In this document: one piece after another, positions 35,788 to 46,441 of the stretch
How positions within the stretch are numbered: the stretch's first letter is position 1
How the letters are laid out: each line of letters begins with the position of its first letter
Source of the DNA: Candidatus Aegiribacteria sp.
GTDB taxonomy: Bacteria > Fermentibacterota > Fermentibacteria > Fermentibacterales > JCC-6
Length of the DNA stretch: 64,000 nt
Assembly (NCBI GenBank): GCA_013138965.1
Contig: WTBT01000050.1
Span: 4,658-68,657, forward strand
Direction of reading: 5' to 3'
Position numbers and translations under genes: made by a program
The notes under the pieces: model-generated
Seen by the model: only the letters and a program-made list of their open reading frames with translations
The model's database searches: none
Told to the model about the DNA's origin: nothing

Positions 35788-38072
35788 TCCGTTACCTCCT
35801 CTCTCCAGATAATTCTGTCGAGCCTGCTGGTATGATCTTCCAGTATCTCCAGCAGATCCATTTTCCACCGGGACGAAGCGATACGGAATTCATCCGTCAC
35901 CCTTCCGGCCACGGAAAGAAATTCCGGCTTATTCTCTATTGCATCCCAGGATTCCCGTGACATTTCAATGAGATAACCCGGTGTTTCGGAATAAAGGATA
36001 ACCGGGTCAAGCATCTCAGTGTCAAAAACAATTCCCCTTCTGGCGTCAGGCCGGGAAGCAATGGCCATTTCCGCTGCAGCCAGTATCATTCCCCCATCCG
36101 ATATGTCATGGACGGATCTCGATATACCGGCTTCGCAGCACGCGAGTACGAACCGGGCCATTTCCCGTTCGAGTTTCCCCCTGAATGCAGGCACTCTGCC
36201 CCCCCTGTGGCCAATACAGGTTCTATAGTAAAGGCTGCCCCCCAGCTCATCCTTCCGGTCACCCACCAGAATGATAAGGTTTCCAGGTTCCTTGAGGGAT
36301 ATATCGGTTGACTTTGTAAAATCATCAATCCTTCCGAAGACAGCGACTATGGGAGAGGGCGGAACAGCACCCCCCTTCGATGACTGGTTGTAAAAACTTA
36401 CATTACCCGAGACGATCGGCAGTGGTTCTTCGCCTTCAAGGCCAAGTTCCATGCAGGCGGCCGCAATTCCTTCCACACCCTGGCGGAATTGCCAGAAAAC
36501 ATCGGCTTTCTCCGGGTTTCCGTAATTCAGGCAGTCTGTAGCTGCAATAGGAGTGGCTCCGGTCGCTACAACGTTACGGACGGCTTCGCCTACGGCGTGG
36601 GCTCCCGCAAGAAAGGGGTCAAGCTCACCGATCCAGGGATTACCGTCTCCCGAGACAGCCAACCCCGCCCTGCATCCGGGAATTGGAACGATTACGCAGG
36701 CATCGGCCTCACCGGGCCTGAAATGTGTAATACCCTGAACCTCACTGTCGTAATAACTCCATACGGGAGACCTGCTGGCCCCGTCAACGGAAAGCAGCAT
36801 TCTTTTCAGATCCAGAGGCGGATGGCAGGGTCTGGAATCCGGCTCAATCACAGGTACGGGGGATGGCTCCCAGTTCCTGTCGTAAACTATTCCCTCGGTG
36901 ATGTATTCAACTGGAGTGTTGGCGACTTCTTTGCCCCGATGCAGGACCCTGTAAAAAGGTTCTCCGGTAAATGTACCGATAACTGTAGCACCTGCTCCGG
37001 GAAACAACCGGGGCATTTCGTATTTTTCATTGTAAATCTCGAGAACTTCAGCTGATATCCATTCGGGGACAGCCAGCCCGTACCGTTCCTGGGTTTCGGC
37101 ACATGCAATAACCTCTGAAGGCAGATCAGGAATGGATACGGGAACCAGGTCAAGGTTCACTTCAATGCCAAGATTTCCATGAGCCGCAAGTTCGCTGGTA
37201 ACACATGCTATGCCACCGGCGCCCAGATCTTTGAATCCGAACTTGATCCCTCTGTCGAAAAGGAAATCCAGTACATTCAGATTAGCCTCGGAAAGCACTC
37301 TTTTAAGGAACGGATCAGCAACCTGAACTGCTCCCTTCTCAGATTCGTCTTTAAGATCGGCTGAAGCGAATGTGGCTCCACCGAAACCCGTATCATCGGT
37401 AGGTTTCCCCACCAGAATAAGAACGTACTGCTCTTCATGGGCTTCGGCGGGAACGAAGCTGTGTACAATTCTGTCATGCCTTACAAAACCAAGGGAAACA
37501 ACGTTAACAAGGCAGTTGTCGTCGTAGCCTTCGTGGAATCTTGTATCACCACCCAGATTGGGCACACCAAGAGCGTTCCCGTACTTCCAGATGCCTTCTA
37601 CAACACCGCGGCATATAGCCCTTGATTTCTCTCCTGAATTGCCCAGAGGATCCCCGAACCGGAGCAGATCAAGGGAACCTGTTACCCTGGCGCCCATACA
37701 GTATACATCTCGAACGATACCACCTATCCCGGTGGCTGCGCCTTCAACGGGAAGAACCTGGGATGGGTGATTATGACTCTCGTGGGCGACAACAAGATCC
37801 CATGAGAAACCGTCATGATCGGCGAATTTTACGATTCCGGCATCCTCCCCGGGACCCACAACCACAGAGGATGCATGGGTAGGAAGCAGTTTCAATACAG
37901 ATCTGGAACTTTTGTAGGAACAGTGTTCGCTCCACATGGTGTCAAAGAGATGCAGTTCGAGAGGTGTCGGCATTCTGCCCACGTATCCGGCAAGCTTTTC
38001 GGCTTCTTCAAGCGTCATGGCCAGGCTGCGATGCCTGATGGCTTCTTTCAGTTCATCCGAGAGGCTCATCAA
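35784..38072 (-). CDS. purL: Phosphoribosylformylglycinamidine synthase subunit PurL
   Basis: FDTMWSEHCSYKSS, AHESHNHPS and duplicated PurM-like domains. Confidence 0.9.
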   Translation of the reverse strand: MMSLSDELKEAIRHRSLAMTLEEAEKLAGYVGRMPTPLELHLFDTMWSEHCSYKSSRSVLKLLPTHASSVVVGPGEDAGIVKFADHDGFSWDLVVAHESHNHPSQVLPVEGAATGIGGIVRDVYCMGARVTGSLDLLRFGDPLGNSGEKSRAICRGVVEGIWKYGNALGVPNLGGDTRFHEGYDDNCLVNVVSLGFVRHDRIVHSFVPAEAHEEQYVLILVGKPTDDTGFGGATFASADLKDESEKGAVQVADPFLKRVLSEANLNVLDFLFDRGIKFGFKDLGAGGIACVTSELAAHGNLGIEVNLDLVPVSIPDLPSEVIACAETQERYGLAVPEWISAEVLEIYNEKYEMPRLFPGAGATVIGTFTGEPFYRVLHRGKEVANTPVEYITEGIVYDRNWEPSPVPVIEPDSRPCHPPLDLKRMLLSVDGASRSPVWSYYDSEVQGITHFRPGEADACVIVPIPGCRAGLAVSGDGNPWIGELDPFLAGAHAVGEAVRNVVATGATPIAATDCLNYGNPEKADVFWQFRQGVEGIAAACMELGLEGEEPLPIVSGNVSFYNQSSKGGAVPPSPIVAVFGRIDDFTKSTDISLKEPGNLIILVGDRKDELGGSLYYRTCIGHRGGRVPAFRGKLEREMARFVLACCEAGISRSVHDISDGGMILAAAEMAIASRPDARRGIVFDTEMLDPVILYSETPGYLIEMSRESWDAIENKPEFLSVAGRVTDEFRIASSRWKMDLLEILEDHTSRLDRIIWREEVTE

Positions 38073-38102
38073 TCCCTTTCAAAAAACAGGTTGCCAGAAT
38101 AA

Positions 38103-39263
38103 TCAGCCGAGGGAGGAGATGAATGCCTTATGTTCAAGGTTATCGAGGACATCCTCCAGGGTTTCCTCCTTGTCTGCTTCTACTATCAGGTATCTCAGAC
38201 GGACTGTGCCAAGGGGATCTCCCGCATCATTCTGAAGCTTCGGAAGATCATCCAGCAGCCTTTGCATAACATTTTCCATACCATCCTGGTCGGTTCCGGG
38301 AAGCAGGAGAGTTATTTTATCGGTTCCCGTCCTCAAGCCGATATCGATATTCCTCATCGTTGTTTTCAGGTGATTGGAGCCTATTGACATAAACTCCCTG
38401 GCGCGGAAACGGTCATCAATACTGCCCCGTTCGATAACAAGCTCGACAATAGCGAGGGCGCTGTCGAACCTTCTTACTCTCTCCAGTTCCTGTGTAAGGA
38501 CCGGTTTCAATCTTCCCCTGCCTGGCAATCCGGTGTCCGGATCCATATCCGAGGCGGATTCGAACCTGCCCAGAAGCCGTATTCCCTCAAGGGCCGCGGC
38601 GCCAACCGCCGCAATCGAGATCAGTCTTTCCTTCGGTAATATGGCTGTTGACGGAATATCTACAAGGCAGATCACGCCGTAAAGAACGCCCTGTGACATC
38701 ATAGGCGCTGCTATGTCGGGTAGAAAATCGGGTATGGAGGTTTTTTCGAGCCTCTTCTTTGTGAGTTCACTCTCTTTCTCTAGATTCTTTTTCTCAAATA
38801 CGATACCTGTTTCCGCCACGAATCCAACGTGTCCATCTCCTACATTCACAACCAGAGGCTGTTTCAGGATGTCTCCAAGCCCTTCGGAGTAGACCAGTCC
38901 AAGTTTCCCACCTCTTACGTCTGCCAGAAAGACTGTAATTCTCTCGCAGCCGGTGAGTTTTTTCATCGCCCTCGACAGAAGCCTGGCCAGTTCGTCCGGT
39001 GTCCTGGCGGAGAATACCTGCCTGACAAGATCCGGGAAGACAATCGTCAGGTCTCTGTGTTTTTTTATCTCGTGATCATATCTTGTATGTCTCGCATCAG
39101 CTTCCTGCTGCTGGTATCGAAGAGAAGTTATATCATTCTTCAGTGTGTGTATCCGTTCTTCAAAGCGCGCTGCCTTTCTGCCGCTCAGAATTATCAGAAT
39201 GACCCACACGATCAGCGAACCAAGCGCAAACCCTGCTATAATACCTGATAGCATCCATATCAC
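38103..39263 (-). CDS. Membrane-anchored GAF plus degenerate GGDEF-like domain protein
   Basis: N-terminal TM helix, coiled coil, GAF-like middle. The C-terminal DPDTGLPGRGRL...RTGTDKITLLLPGTD places GTDKI where GGDEF is expected. Confidence 0.5.
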   Translation of the reverse strand: MIWMLSGIIAGFALGSLIVWVILIILSGRKAARFEERIHTLKNDITSLRYQQQEADARHTRYDHEIKKHRDLTIVFPDLVRQVFSARTPDELARLLSRAMKKLTGCERITVFLADVRGGKLGLVYSEGLGDILKQPLVVNVGDGHVGFVAETGIVFEKKNLEKESELTKKRLEKTSIPDFLPDIAAPMMSQGVLYGVICLVDIPSTAILPKERLISIAAVGAAALEGIRLLGRFESASDMDPDTGLPGRGRLKPVLTQELERVRRFDSALAIVELVIERGSIDDRFRAREFMSIGSNHLKTTMRNIDIGLRTGTDKITLLLPGTDQDGMENVMQRLLDDLPKLQNDAGDPLGTVRLRYLIVEADKEETLEDVLDNLEHKAFISSLG

Positions 39264-39275
39264 CTCCCAAAGAAA

Positions 39276-40583
39276 TTACTCATCCTCATTTATCAGACCA
39301 AGTCTATTAAGGGTATTATTCTCATTTCGGAGGTGATATTCAAGGGCGCATCTTCTGTTGATCTCCTCAGCGGTGAGATGCTCACCGATTCGGGGGTCAT
39401 CCTTCACCATATCAAGAAATCCCTTATCACTCTCCATAACGCTCATCGCTACGCTCTGAACAAGCCTGTATGCTTCCTCCCTGGTAAGACCGGCATCGAT
39501 AAGCAACAGCATAATCGTCTGGGAATAGAACCTGTCACCTGCGGAATCGATATTCCCCGCAACGGCTTCCGGAATTACTCTCAGACCTGACACCATTGAA
39601 ACCGCCTTTCTGAGTGAATACAGGGATATACCACAGGCGTCCGGAAAAATAAAACGCTCCGCGGATGAATGACTGATATCCCGTTCATGCCATAATACCG
39701 TATTATCGAGGGACGGGATAAGGTATCCCCTCAGCATTCTGGCAAGACCGCAAAGCCGTTCACTGACGATAGGATTCCTTTTATGAGGCATGGCGCTCGA
39801 ACCCTTCTGACCTTTTCCGAAGGATTCCTCCACTTCCCCGACCTCCGATCTCTGGAGGTGCCTTATCTCGGTTCCAAGCCTATCGAGTAAATCGCCTACG
39901 GCTGCAAGGGCGTATATGAAGTCCGCATGCCTGTCCCTGGCCACAACTTGTGTCGCAACATTCTCAATCCCTATTCCAAGTCTGCTGCATACGTACTCTT
40001 CAACTGAAGGATCAAGGTGAGCGTAGGTTCCAACCGCCCCTGACAACTTACCAACGCATGCTGATCTCAGCCCGTTTTCCAGCCGCCTTCGCACTCTCAG
40101 ATATTCGGAATAGAAACCGGCGAACTTCAAGCCGAGTGTGGTAGGTTCAGCGAACATACCATGGCTTCTTCCAATACAAACGACACCACGGGTCCTTCGG
40201 ACAAGACCCTTCAGGGCTTCGCCCAGGGCATCCAGCTCATTCATGATGAGTTCTCCGCTGTCCTTTATCTGCGTGGCAAGGCAGGTATCAAGTATGTCGC
40301 TGGATGTCATACCGTAATGAATGTGCCTGGATTCAGGTCCCAGGCTTTCCGACACGCTGGTCAGGAAAGCTATTACATCGTGCCGCACAATTTCTTCGAT
40401 CTCAGCTGCGCGTTCTACATCAAAGGAAGCATTTTCCCTTATCAGCTCAAGATCTTCCGCCGGGACATCCCCTGATTCAGCCCTGGCCTCGACTGCGAGC
40501 AGCTCAATCTCAAGCCATCGGGAATACCTGGATGCTATCGTCCAGATCTCGCTCATTTCAGGAATTGAGTAACGTTCAATCAT
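39276..40583 (-). CDS. purB: Adenylosuccinate lyase
   Basis: MIERYSIPEMSEIW, GMTSSDILDT and GSSAMPHKRNP signature. Confidence 0.9.
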   Translation of the reverse strand: MIERYSIPEMSEIWTIASRYSRWLEIELLAVEARAESGDVPAEDLELIRENASFDVERAAEIEEIVRHDVIAFLTSVSESLGPESRHIHYGMTSSDILDTCLATQIKDSGELIMNELDALGEALKGLVRRTRGVVCIGRSHGMFAEPTTLGLKFAGFYSEYLRVRRRLENGLRSACVGKLSGAVGTYAHLDPSVEEYVCSRLGIGIENVATQVVARDRHADFIYALAAVGDLLDRLGTEIRHLQRSEVGEVEESFGKGQKGSSAMPHKRNPIVSERLCGLARMLRGYLIPSLDNTVLWHERDISHSSAERFIFPDACGISLYSLRKAVSMVSGLRVIPEAVAGNIDSAGDRFYSQTIMLLLIDAGLTREEAYRLVQSVAMSVMESDKGFLDMVKDDPRIGEHLTAEEINRRCALEYHLRNENNTLNRLGLINEDE

Positions 40584-40723
40584 TGAGACCCCTTCCAGTC
40601 ATCATCGCTGATCAATTATCCAGCACAGATCGCTCAGGATTGGATCAACTCTCCGCTCCCCCGGGTAATTGGCATGCAGCGATAATACAATAGGTAATAT
40701 ATCAAACTGCTTCGGGTACTTGA

Positions 40724-41050
40724 TCAGGGGAGTTCCGTTCCGGAAGTTAACGGGCCGTAAATCCAGGCAAACAGGGACTCGCGGGGAAGATAAATCCTGT
40801 ACCAGTCATCAACCCCTCCGGTCACCTGCAAAGAATCTCCCTCATGAACCTTATCCAGAATCGCATAAATCGTTCCAGGACCGGATCGGAGATTAACAAC
40901 GCTGCCCGTTACCGCGATAAGATTCCATGCAACATGGGGCCCGCCGCCATTTTCCTCTTCAGATACCACAATCCTGCTATCACTACATGAGGAAAGCAAA
41001 ACGCAAACGATCAGCAGACATGCAAATACAGTTAATCTGATTGTTTTCAT
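40724..41050 (-). CDS. SH3b-domain lipoprotein
   Basis: Lipobox LLSSCS. VVNLRSGPGTIYAILDKVHEGDSLQVTGGVDDWYRI is a bacterial SH3 pattern. Confidence 0.55.
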   Translation of the reverse strand: MKTIRLTVFACLLIVCVLLSSCSDSRIVVSEEENGGGPHVAWNLIAVTGSVVNLRSGPGTIYAILDKVHEGDSLQVTGGVDDWYRIYLPRESLFAWIYGPLTSGTELP

Positions 41051-41052
41051 AC

Positions 41053-42774
41053 TTACCATTCTACAATACATATCAATAGAGAAAAAAATCCGGCGGCAAA
41101 CAGGCTTCCATCTGCAATTACCCTTTTAAACAGCTCCGAGGGAAAGGGGGTTCTTCCGAGGATCAGATACCCCGCTGCAAGGAACAGAGGTCCCGGAAAG
41201 AACGCTGCTGCGCTGCCGGTAAGATAACCCATCGCAATACCTGCTGCCAGAAGAACCGTTGCCAGTAATAAGCACAGCCAGAACAGCCGAACACTCAATG
41301 ATCTTCCGGCATGGATGGGAATGGTATCCATTCCCATCAGAGCATCTCCCTGCAGATCAACAAGATCTGCAAGGAGACATCTGCTCAGAAATAAAAAGAA
41401 CAGGACCGCCGCCCAGATCACAATTCCCGGTGTAATGGCTGCACCGGCTGATATGTAACCGGGCAGAAACGCAAGAAGAAAGGACCATGCTCCGGCGAAC
41501 ATCAGATCCCTGGAACCGGGGAGAGTCCTCAATCCCCGGAATGGATAGACTTTGCGTATGAGCGGGATGGAATAAACAAGAAAAAGCGCCAGCATCACTC
41601 CCAGTACCGCAGGCCATAATGGATTAAGAAAGACTGACAGCGACAGGGAACATGCGAAAGCTAATATCGCACTAACGGTCAGAAGTCTGCGGTGGGATCT
41701 TGTGAATTCCTGTCTTCGCAACCTTGATGGGTGGGAATATCCGGATTCAAGCACAGAGGTTACAGTATGAACCCCATACAGAAAAAAGGATGCGGCCATA
41801 GCCGGTATCAGCCAGTTCGCACTGTTCAGGATGCATGCCCCGGCTGTTCCCAGTACGAATGTCAGGGGTAGAACATGAAAATTCCCGAAAATCGCGTTCT
41901 GAAGCAGTTTCCAGATCTTTCCCGCTCTAAGAGTACCTCCCTGCATCTCCAGAAGTTTTTCCCTGACTTTTCTTATACTCCAGCTTGGTGTGGATGCTCC
42001 TGCAGTAAGGAGCACGTTTTCATATTCTTTCAGTTCAGCGGCATCAAGCTCTTCATGGGTCTCGATATGATAAGAAGGGAGGCCTTCTTCCCTTGCTATC
42101 TCCACTAGTCTGGCGGTATTAGCGCTGTTCCTGCCTCCAACTACAACAACGCAGTCCACTACATCACACATTTTACGAAGCTCATCCTGCCTGAGGTTAG
42201 TTGAATTGCAGATGGTGAAAGCATATTCCAGATTTGGATATTTCTCCCGAAGGGCATTCTTAGTTTTCTCGAATGTCTCTGTATTCTGAGTAGTCTGTGA
42301 CAGGAGATACGGTCTGGAAATACCTGAGAGAGCCGAAATCTCATCCGGTCCCGAAATGACCCTTGCCCTTTCTCCGCCGTATGACAGAATGGATCTGACC
42401 TCCTGATGCGAAGGATCGCCGAGTATTATGACATCGTAACCTTCCATGCTTTTTTTTCTGGCTATCGCAAGGGCTCTGCCAACCCTGGGACAGGTCAGAT
42501 CTCTGATCTTCAGCGGAAGCGATTTCAACCGTTTGCGTCTTTCCAGCGTCGTTCCATGGGTTCTTAGAAAGAGAGTACCCATGTTCATGTTCTCCGGGGT
42601 CATGCATATGCTTACGCCCCGCTCCTCCAGAGCGCGAAGAACCTGCGGGTTATGAACCAGTTCTCCGTAGACCGCATAAGGGTCATTGCCTTTCTTCAAT
42701 TCGGCCAGAACCATATCAACAGCCCGGCGGACACCCCAGCAGAAACCCGCTGTATGAGCGGTGATTACGCTCAA
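41053..42774 (-). CDS. ispH: IspH (HMBPP reductase) fused to a C-terminal polytopic membrane domain with a UbiA-like prenyltransferase motif
   Basis: N-terminal roughly 280 aa: AGFCWGVRRAV, HNPQV, TICNSTNLRQDE and VVGGRNSANT. C-terminal roughly 290 aa: about 8 hydrophobic helices, YSIPLIRK, and the Asp-rich LLADLVDLQGDALMGMDTIPIHAG. Confidence 0.75.
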   Translation of the reverse strand: MSVITAHTAGFCWGVRRAVDMVLAELKKGNDPYAVYGELVHNPQVLRALEERGVSICMTPENMNMGTLFLRTHGTTLERRKRLKSLPLKIRDLTCPRVGRALAIARKKSMEGYDVIILGDPSHQEVRSILSYGGERARVISGPDEISALSGISRPYLLSQTTQNTETFEKTKNALREKYPNLEYAFTICNSTNLRQDELRKMCDVVDCVVVVGGRNSANTARLVEIAREEGLPSYHIETHEELDAAELKEYENVLLTAGASTPSWSIRKVREKLLEMQGGTLRAGKIWKLLQNAIFGNFHVLPLTFVLGTAGACILNSANWLIPAMAASFFLYGVHTVTSVLESGYSHPSRLRRQEFTRSHRRLLTVSAILAFACSLSLSVFLNPLWPAVLGVMLALFLVYSIPLIRKVYPFRGLRTLPGSRDLMFAGAWSFLLAFLPGYISAGAAITPGIVIWAAVLFFLFLSRCLLADLVDLQGDALMGMDTIPIHAGRSLSVRLFWLCLLLATVLLAAGIAMGYLTGSAAAFFPGPLFLAAGYLILGRTPFPSELFKRVIADGSLFAAGFFSLLICIVEW

Positions 42775-42805
42775 AACCCCACTCCCTTCACAGATATTGA
42801 GGAGG

Positions 42806-44779
42806 TTAACATAACTTCATTTTTCTCATTATATCTCTGTATTCCGCGGCGGTTTCAAAATCGAGCTTTTCCGCAGCCTCCAGCATCTTACCCTCAAGAA
42901 ACACCAGAGCTTCCTCCGGAGTCCCCGGTATGTCCGCGGTGATTACCCTCTCCTCTACGGATGGCCTGAAAATATCCGCGATACTTGTAGCGCTGATAAT
43001 TTCACTTCGTGATTTACGAATGCTCTCGGGCGTGATATTGTTATCCTTATTGTATTTTAGCTGAATAGCTCTTCTTCTCGTGGTCTCGCTGATTGCGTAC
43101 TCCATGGAATCGGTAATCCTGTCAGCGTAGAGAATAACGCGTCCGGCAAGGTTTCTCGCGGCTCTTCCAGCCGTCTGGACCAGACTGGTTCTTGACCTGA
43201 GAAATCCCTCCTTGTCGGCGTCCAGTATCGCAACCAGGGAAACTTCCGGCAGATCAAGTCCTTCCCTGAGAAGGTTCACGCCAATCAGAATATCAAATTC
43301 CGCCAGTCTCAGCTCCCTTAGAATTGAGACTCGTTCAAGGGCGTCAACTTCGCTGTGTATGTACCTGGATCTGATGGAGAGATCCTGAAAGAAGGAGGTC
43401 AGCTCTTCGGCCATCTTCTTTGTCAGCGTTGTTACAAGCACCCTTCCGCCGGATTCAACAGCTTTTCTTACTTCACCGACAAGATCATCTATCTGAGTGG
43501 AAGCGGGGCGGACAACCATATCCGGGTCAACAAGACCTGTGGGTCTTACTATCTGCTGTACCACCCTGGTAGAACGCTCAAGTTCATATTCAGCCGGAGT
43601 CGCTGACATGCATATCTTCTGCCCTGTGATATCAATGAATTCCTCAAGATAGAGAGGACGGTTGTCCAGAGCTGAAGGAAGACGGAAGCCGTTCTGAACC
43701 AGTGTTTCCTTCCGGGACCTGTCACCTTTGTACATTGCGGACAGCTGCGGAATTGTCCTGTGGGATTCATCAATGAAGACAAGCATGCCGCCCTCGGGGA
43801 AGTAATCGATAAGACAGGATGGCCGCTCTCCCTTTTTTCTGCCGGATATGTGCCTGCTGTAATTCTCGACTCCGCTGCAGTAGCCTGTTTCAGCAAGCAG
43901 TTCTATATCATACCTGGTTCTGGATTCAAGCCGTTGAGCCTCAAGGAGTTTACCTTTGTGTTTGAACTCTCCCAACGTCTCCTCCAGCTCCCTCTCTATT
44001 CTGCCTATGGCAAGGTTCAGCTCTCTTTCGGATGTTACGAAGTGTCTGGCAGGGAAAATGTTAATCTCCTGCAGATCTTCGAGTATCATCCCCGTCAGAT
44101 GATCGATTCTCTTTATGCTGTCTATCCTGTTCCCGAAAAATTCCACCCTTGCCGCCATGCGTCCATAGGCAGGAACCAAGTCCACAACGTCACCCCGGAC
44201 TCTGAACCTCCCTCTGGTAAGGGCAACATCGTTCCTTGCATAACGCATTTCAACAAGTTCCATAAGGAACTGACCCTGATCAAGTTCCATTCCGACGGAG
44301 ATGTGGAGGCTGCCGGATGCGAATGTAGATGGGTTTCCAAGACCGTAGATGCAGCTGACGGATGCTACTACTATCACGTCTTTCCTTGACAGGAGAGATG
44401 TGGTGGCGCGAAGCCTCAACCGGTCCAGTTCCTCGTTGAGATCGGCATCCTTTTCGATGAATGTGTCCGTGGTGGGAATGTAGGCTTCCGGCTGATAATA
44501 ATCGTAGTAGCTTACGAAATACTCCACGGCGGCATCGGGAAAGAATCCCTTCAACTCGCTGTAAAGCTGAGCAGCCAGAGTTTTGTTATGGCTGACGACC
44601 AGAACGGGTTTATCCATTTCCTGGATGATCCCCGCCATTGTGAAGGTCTTGCCTGAACCTGTAACACCTAGAAGGGTCTGCCACTGGCAACCCTCCCTGA
44701 GACCCGCAATAAGTTCTTTTATGGCATTCGGCTGGTCACCGGATGGCTGAAATTCACTGACAAGGTTGAAAACCGGCAT
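42806..44779 (-). CDS. uvrB: Excinuclease ABC subunit B
   Basis: GDQPNAIKEL, GVTGSGKTFTMA and a C-terminal UVR domain. Confidence 0.95.
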   Translation of the reverse strand: MPVFNLVSEFQPSGDQPNAIKELIAGLREGCQWQTLLGVTGSGKTFTMAGIIQEMDKPVLVVSHNKTLAAQLYSELKGFFPDAAVEYFVSYYDYYQPEAYIPTTDTFIEKDADLNEELDRLRLRATTSLLSRKDVIVVASVSCIYGLGNPSTFASGSLHISVGMELDQGQFLMELVEMRYARNDVALTRGRFRVRGDVVDLVPAYGRMAARVEFFGNRIDSIKRIDHLTGMILEDLQEINIFPARHFVTSERELNLAIGRIERELEETLGEFKHKGKLLEAQRLESRTRYDIELLAETGYCSGVENYSRHISGRKKGERPSCLIDYFPEGGMLVFIDESHRTIPQLSAMYKGDRSRKETLVQNGFRLPSALDNRPLYLEEFIDITGQKICMSATPAEYELERSTRVVQQIVRPTGLVDPDMVVRPASTQIDDLVGEVRKAVESGGRVLVTTLTKKMAEELTSFFQDLSIRSRYIHSEVDALERVSILRELRLAEFDILIGVNLLREGLDLPEVSLVAILDADKEGFLRSRTSLVQTAGRAARNLAGRVILYADRITDSMEYAISETTRRRAIQLKYNKDNNITPESIRKSRSEIISATSIADIFRPSVEERVITADIPGTPEEALVFLEGKMLEAAEKLDFETAAEYRDIMRKMKLC

Positions 44780-46441
44780 TTATCCCTTCAGCGCGGACAG
44801 TGCGATCTCAAAAGCGGAAGCGGGTCTGGAAATCCCCCAGTTGTCAAGAACCGCCGGGTGCAATTCCCCGATAACTCCGGAATCTCGACCATCGATGGTA
44901 ATTACAGCACATCTTCCCGGAATGAACCTGTCATCATCAGCATCAGCAAGAGACAGTCCAATTGCTCTTGAGTGACAGAGAGAGCCTATTATCGAATGAG
45001 CATCTCCAAAATCAGCCTTATTGCCGCAGACCAGGCAGGCTAATAATATTTCGGTTCGGCAGTTTCCGTCTTCGCCGACAGTGAGAACCTCCCCTGTCTC
45101 AAAAATCCTGTGTGGATACGCAGCATGGGCACTTGTACTTTCCACTTCAAGCAGTCCGGGAAGAAGCGTATTCCTGACCACACCGTACTCCGCTGTCATG
45201 GGATTCGCTATACTCACGGGGTTGTTCGGCGTCCGCGTCGCGTCCTTAATCTTCGCTCTGCTTGTAAGGACAGGGCGAAGAATTTCTTCACAACCCGCAC
45301 CTGCAAGAAGAATCCGTGCTGCATCCGCCAGATCTTCTATCGGCGCGCATTTCCCAAGGGTGAACTGCTCCGGAAGAAGGGGCTCAAAGGATGATAGACC
45401 GAGGGAGATGACGATATCCTCGATCATGTCAACAGCATGTATGCCGTCCCTCCTGTAAGGCGGCATGATACCTGTTATCCCGATTCTGTCAAACTCAACA
45501 GACGCATAATCCATCCGTTGAAGAGCTTTTTGAACAGATTCCGGAGATATTGGAGCACCCAGAACTTCACGTATCGATTCCATGGATGCAGTCATAAGGT
45601 CACTGAAAAGGATCGGGGTTACAACGGTCTTCACAGGGTAGGGTTCAGGGTAATTTATTCTTATGGGGAAAATTTCAGCCCCTCTGTCCTGAAGGTTGCA
45701 GGCAAGTATGGTAGCAGAAAGCTGTACCGTTTCCCATTCGGTGCCGGTTACCTCACAGAAAAGCCTCGAATCGCCGGCGCTTACCCTTCCTGTCGTCTGG
45801 CTGTTCAGAACTGGAGGAAACGAAAGGACATTGCCACCGATGTCCTCAAGCAGGGGCCAGAGATCCTTGCCCTCGAGCAGATGGGCGTATGTTCGACCGG
45901 TTTCCGTCTCTTCCAGAATTTCAGATAATGTCATCTCCTTCTCAAAGCCCAGAGGGATAAAAGATGTTTCAGGAGATGCTGCTCTGTATCTGACGGGAAA
46001 CTCTATATCATCCAGGCGGTAAAATCCAGCTCCGGCAGTTTTCCTGTTCTTTCCAAAGGAAGCGGCCAGTTTCTCCTGTACATCGATCAGCGCATCGAGT
46101 TCTTTCTGGCCTGGAGCCCATCCGCATGCGGCAAAAGCCGCTACATATGGCCTTACTTTCTCAAGACCGGAATCCACAAAGATCTCCATATCAGGCTCCG
46201 GAAGCTCTTCCAGATGTCGCTGCGCCCCTGCATTCCAGCACCTGATCGCCCTTGCGACACCTTCCACACACCAGAGGTCGGGTCTGTTGGTATCATTGAG
46301 TTCCAGCTTGAGACAATCTCCCTCCGAGGAGTCTATTTCACCTTTGACAAGAGACAGGATGTCTGCCAGCTTCTCATCACCGGGATCATCTATGCAGGCC
46401 TGTGAAAATAGATCCTGTCTGCTGACTTCTATCTTAGGCAT
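44780..46441 (-). CDS. pheT: Phenylalanine-tRNA ligase beta subunit, archaeal/eukaryal-type (short form)
   Basis: MPKIEVSRQDLF...NRPDLW. 553 aa, whereas bacterial PheT is about 800 aa. Confidence 0.85.
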   Translation of the reverse strand: MPKIEVSRQDLFSQACIDDPGDEKLADILSLVKGEIDSSEGDCLKLELNDTNRPDLWCVEGVARAIRCWNAGAQRHLEELPEPDMEIFVDSGLEKVRPYVAAFAACGWAPGQKELDALIDVQEKLAASFGKNRKTAGAGFYRLDDIEFPVRYRAASPETSFIPLGFEKEMTLSEILEETETGRTYAHLLEGKDLWPLLEDIGGNVLSFPPVLNSQTTGRVSAGDSRLFCEVTGTEWETVQLSATILACNLQDRGAEIFPIRINYPEPYPVKTVVTPILFSDLMTASMESIREVLGAPISPESVQKALQRMDYASVEFDRIGITGIMPPYRRDGIHAVDMIEDIVISLGLSSFEPLLPEQFTLGKCAPIEDLADAARILLAGAGCEEILRPVLTSRAKIKDATRTPNNPVSIANPMTAEYGVVRNTLLPGLLEVESTSAHAAYPHRIFETGEVLTVGEDGNCRTEILLACLVCGNKADFGDAHSIIGSLCHSRAIGLSLADADDDRFIPGRCAVITIDGRDSGVIGELHPAVLDNWGISRPASAFEIALSALKG

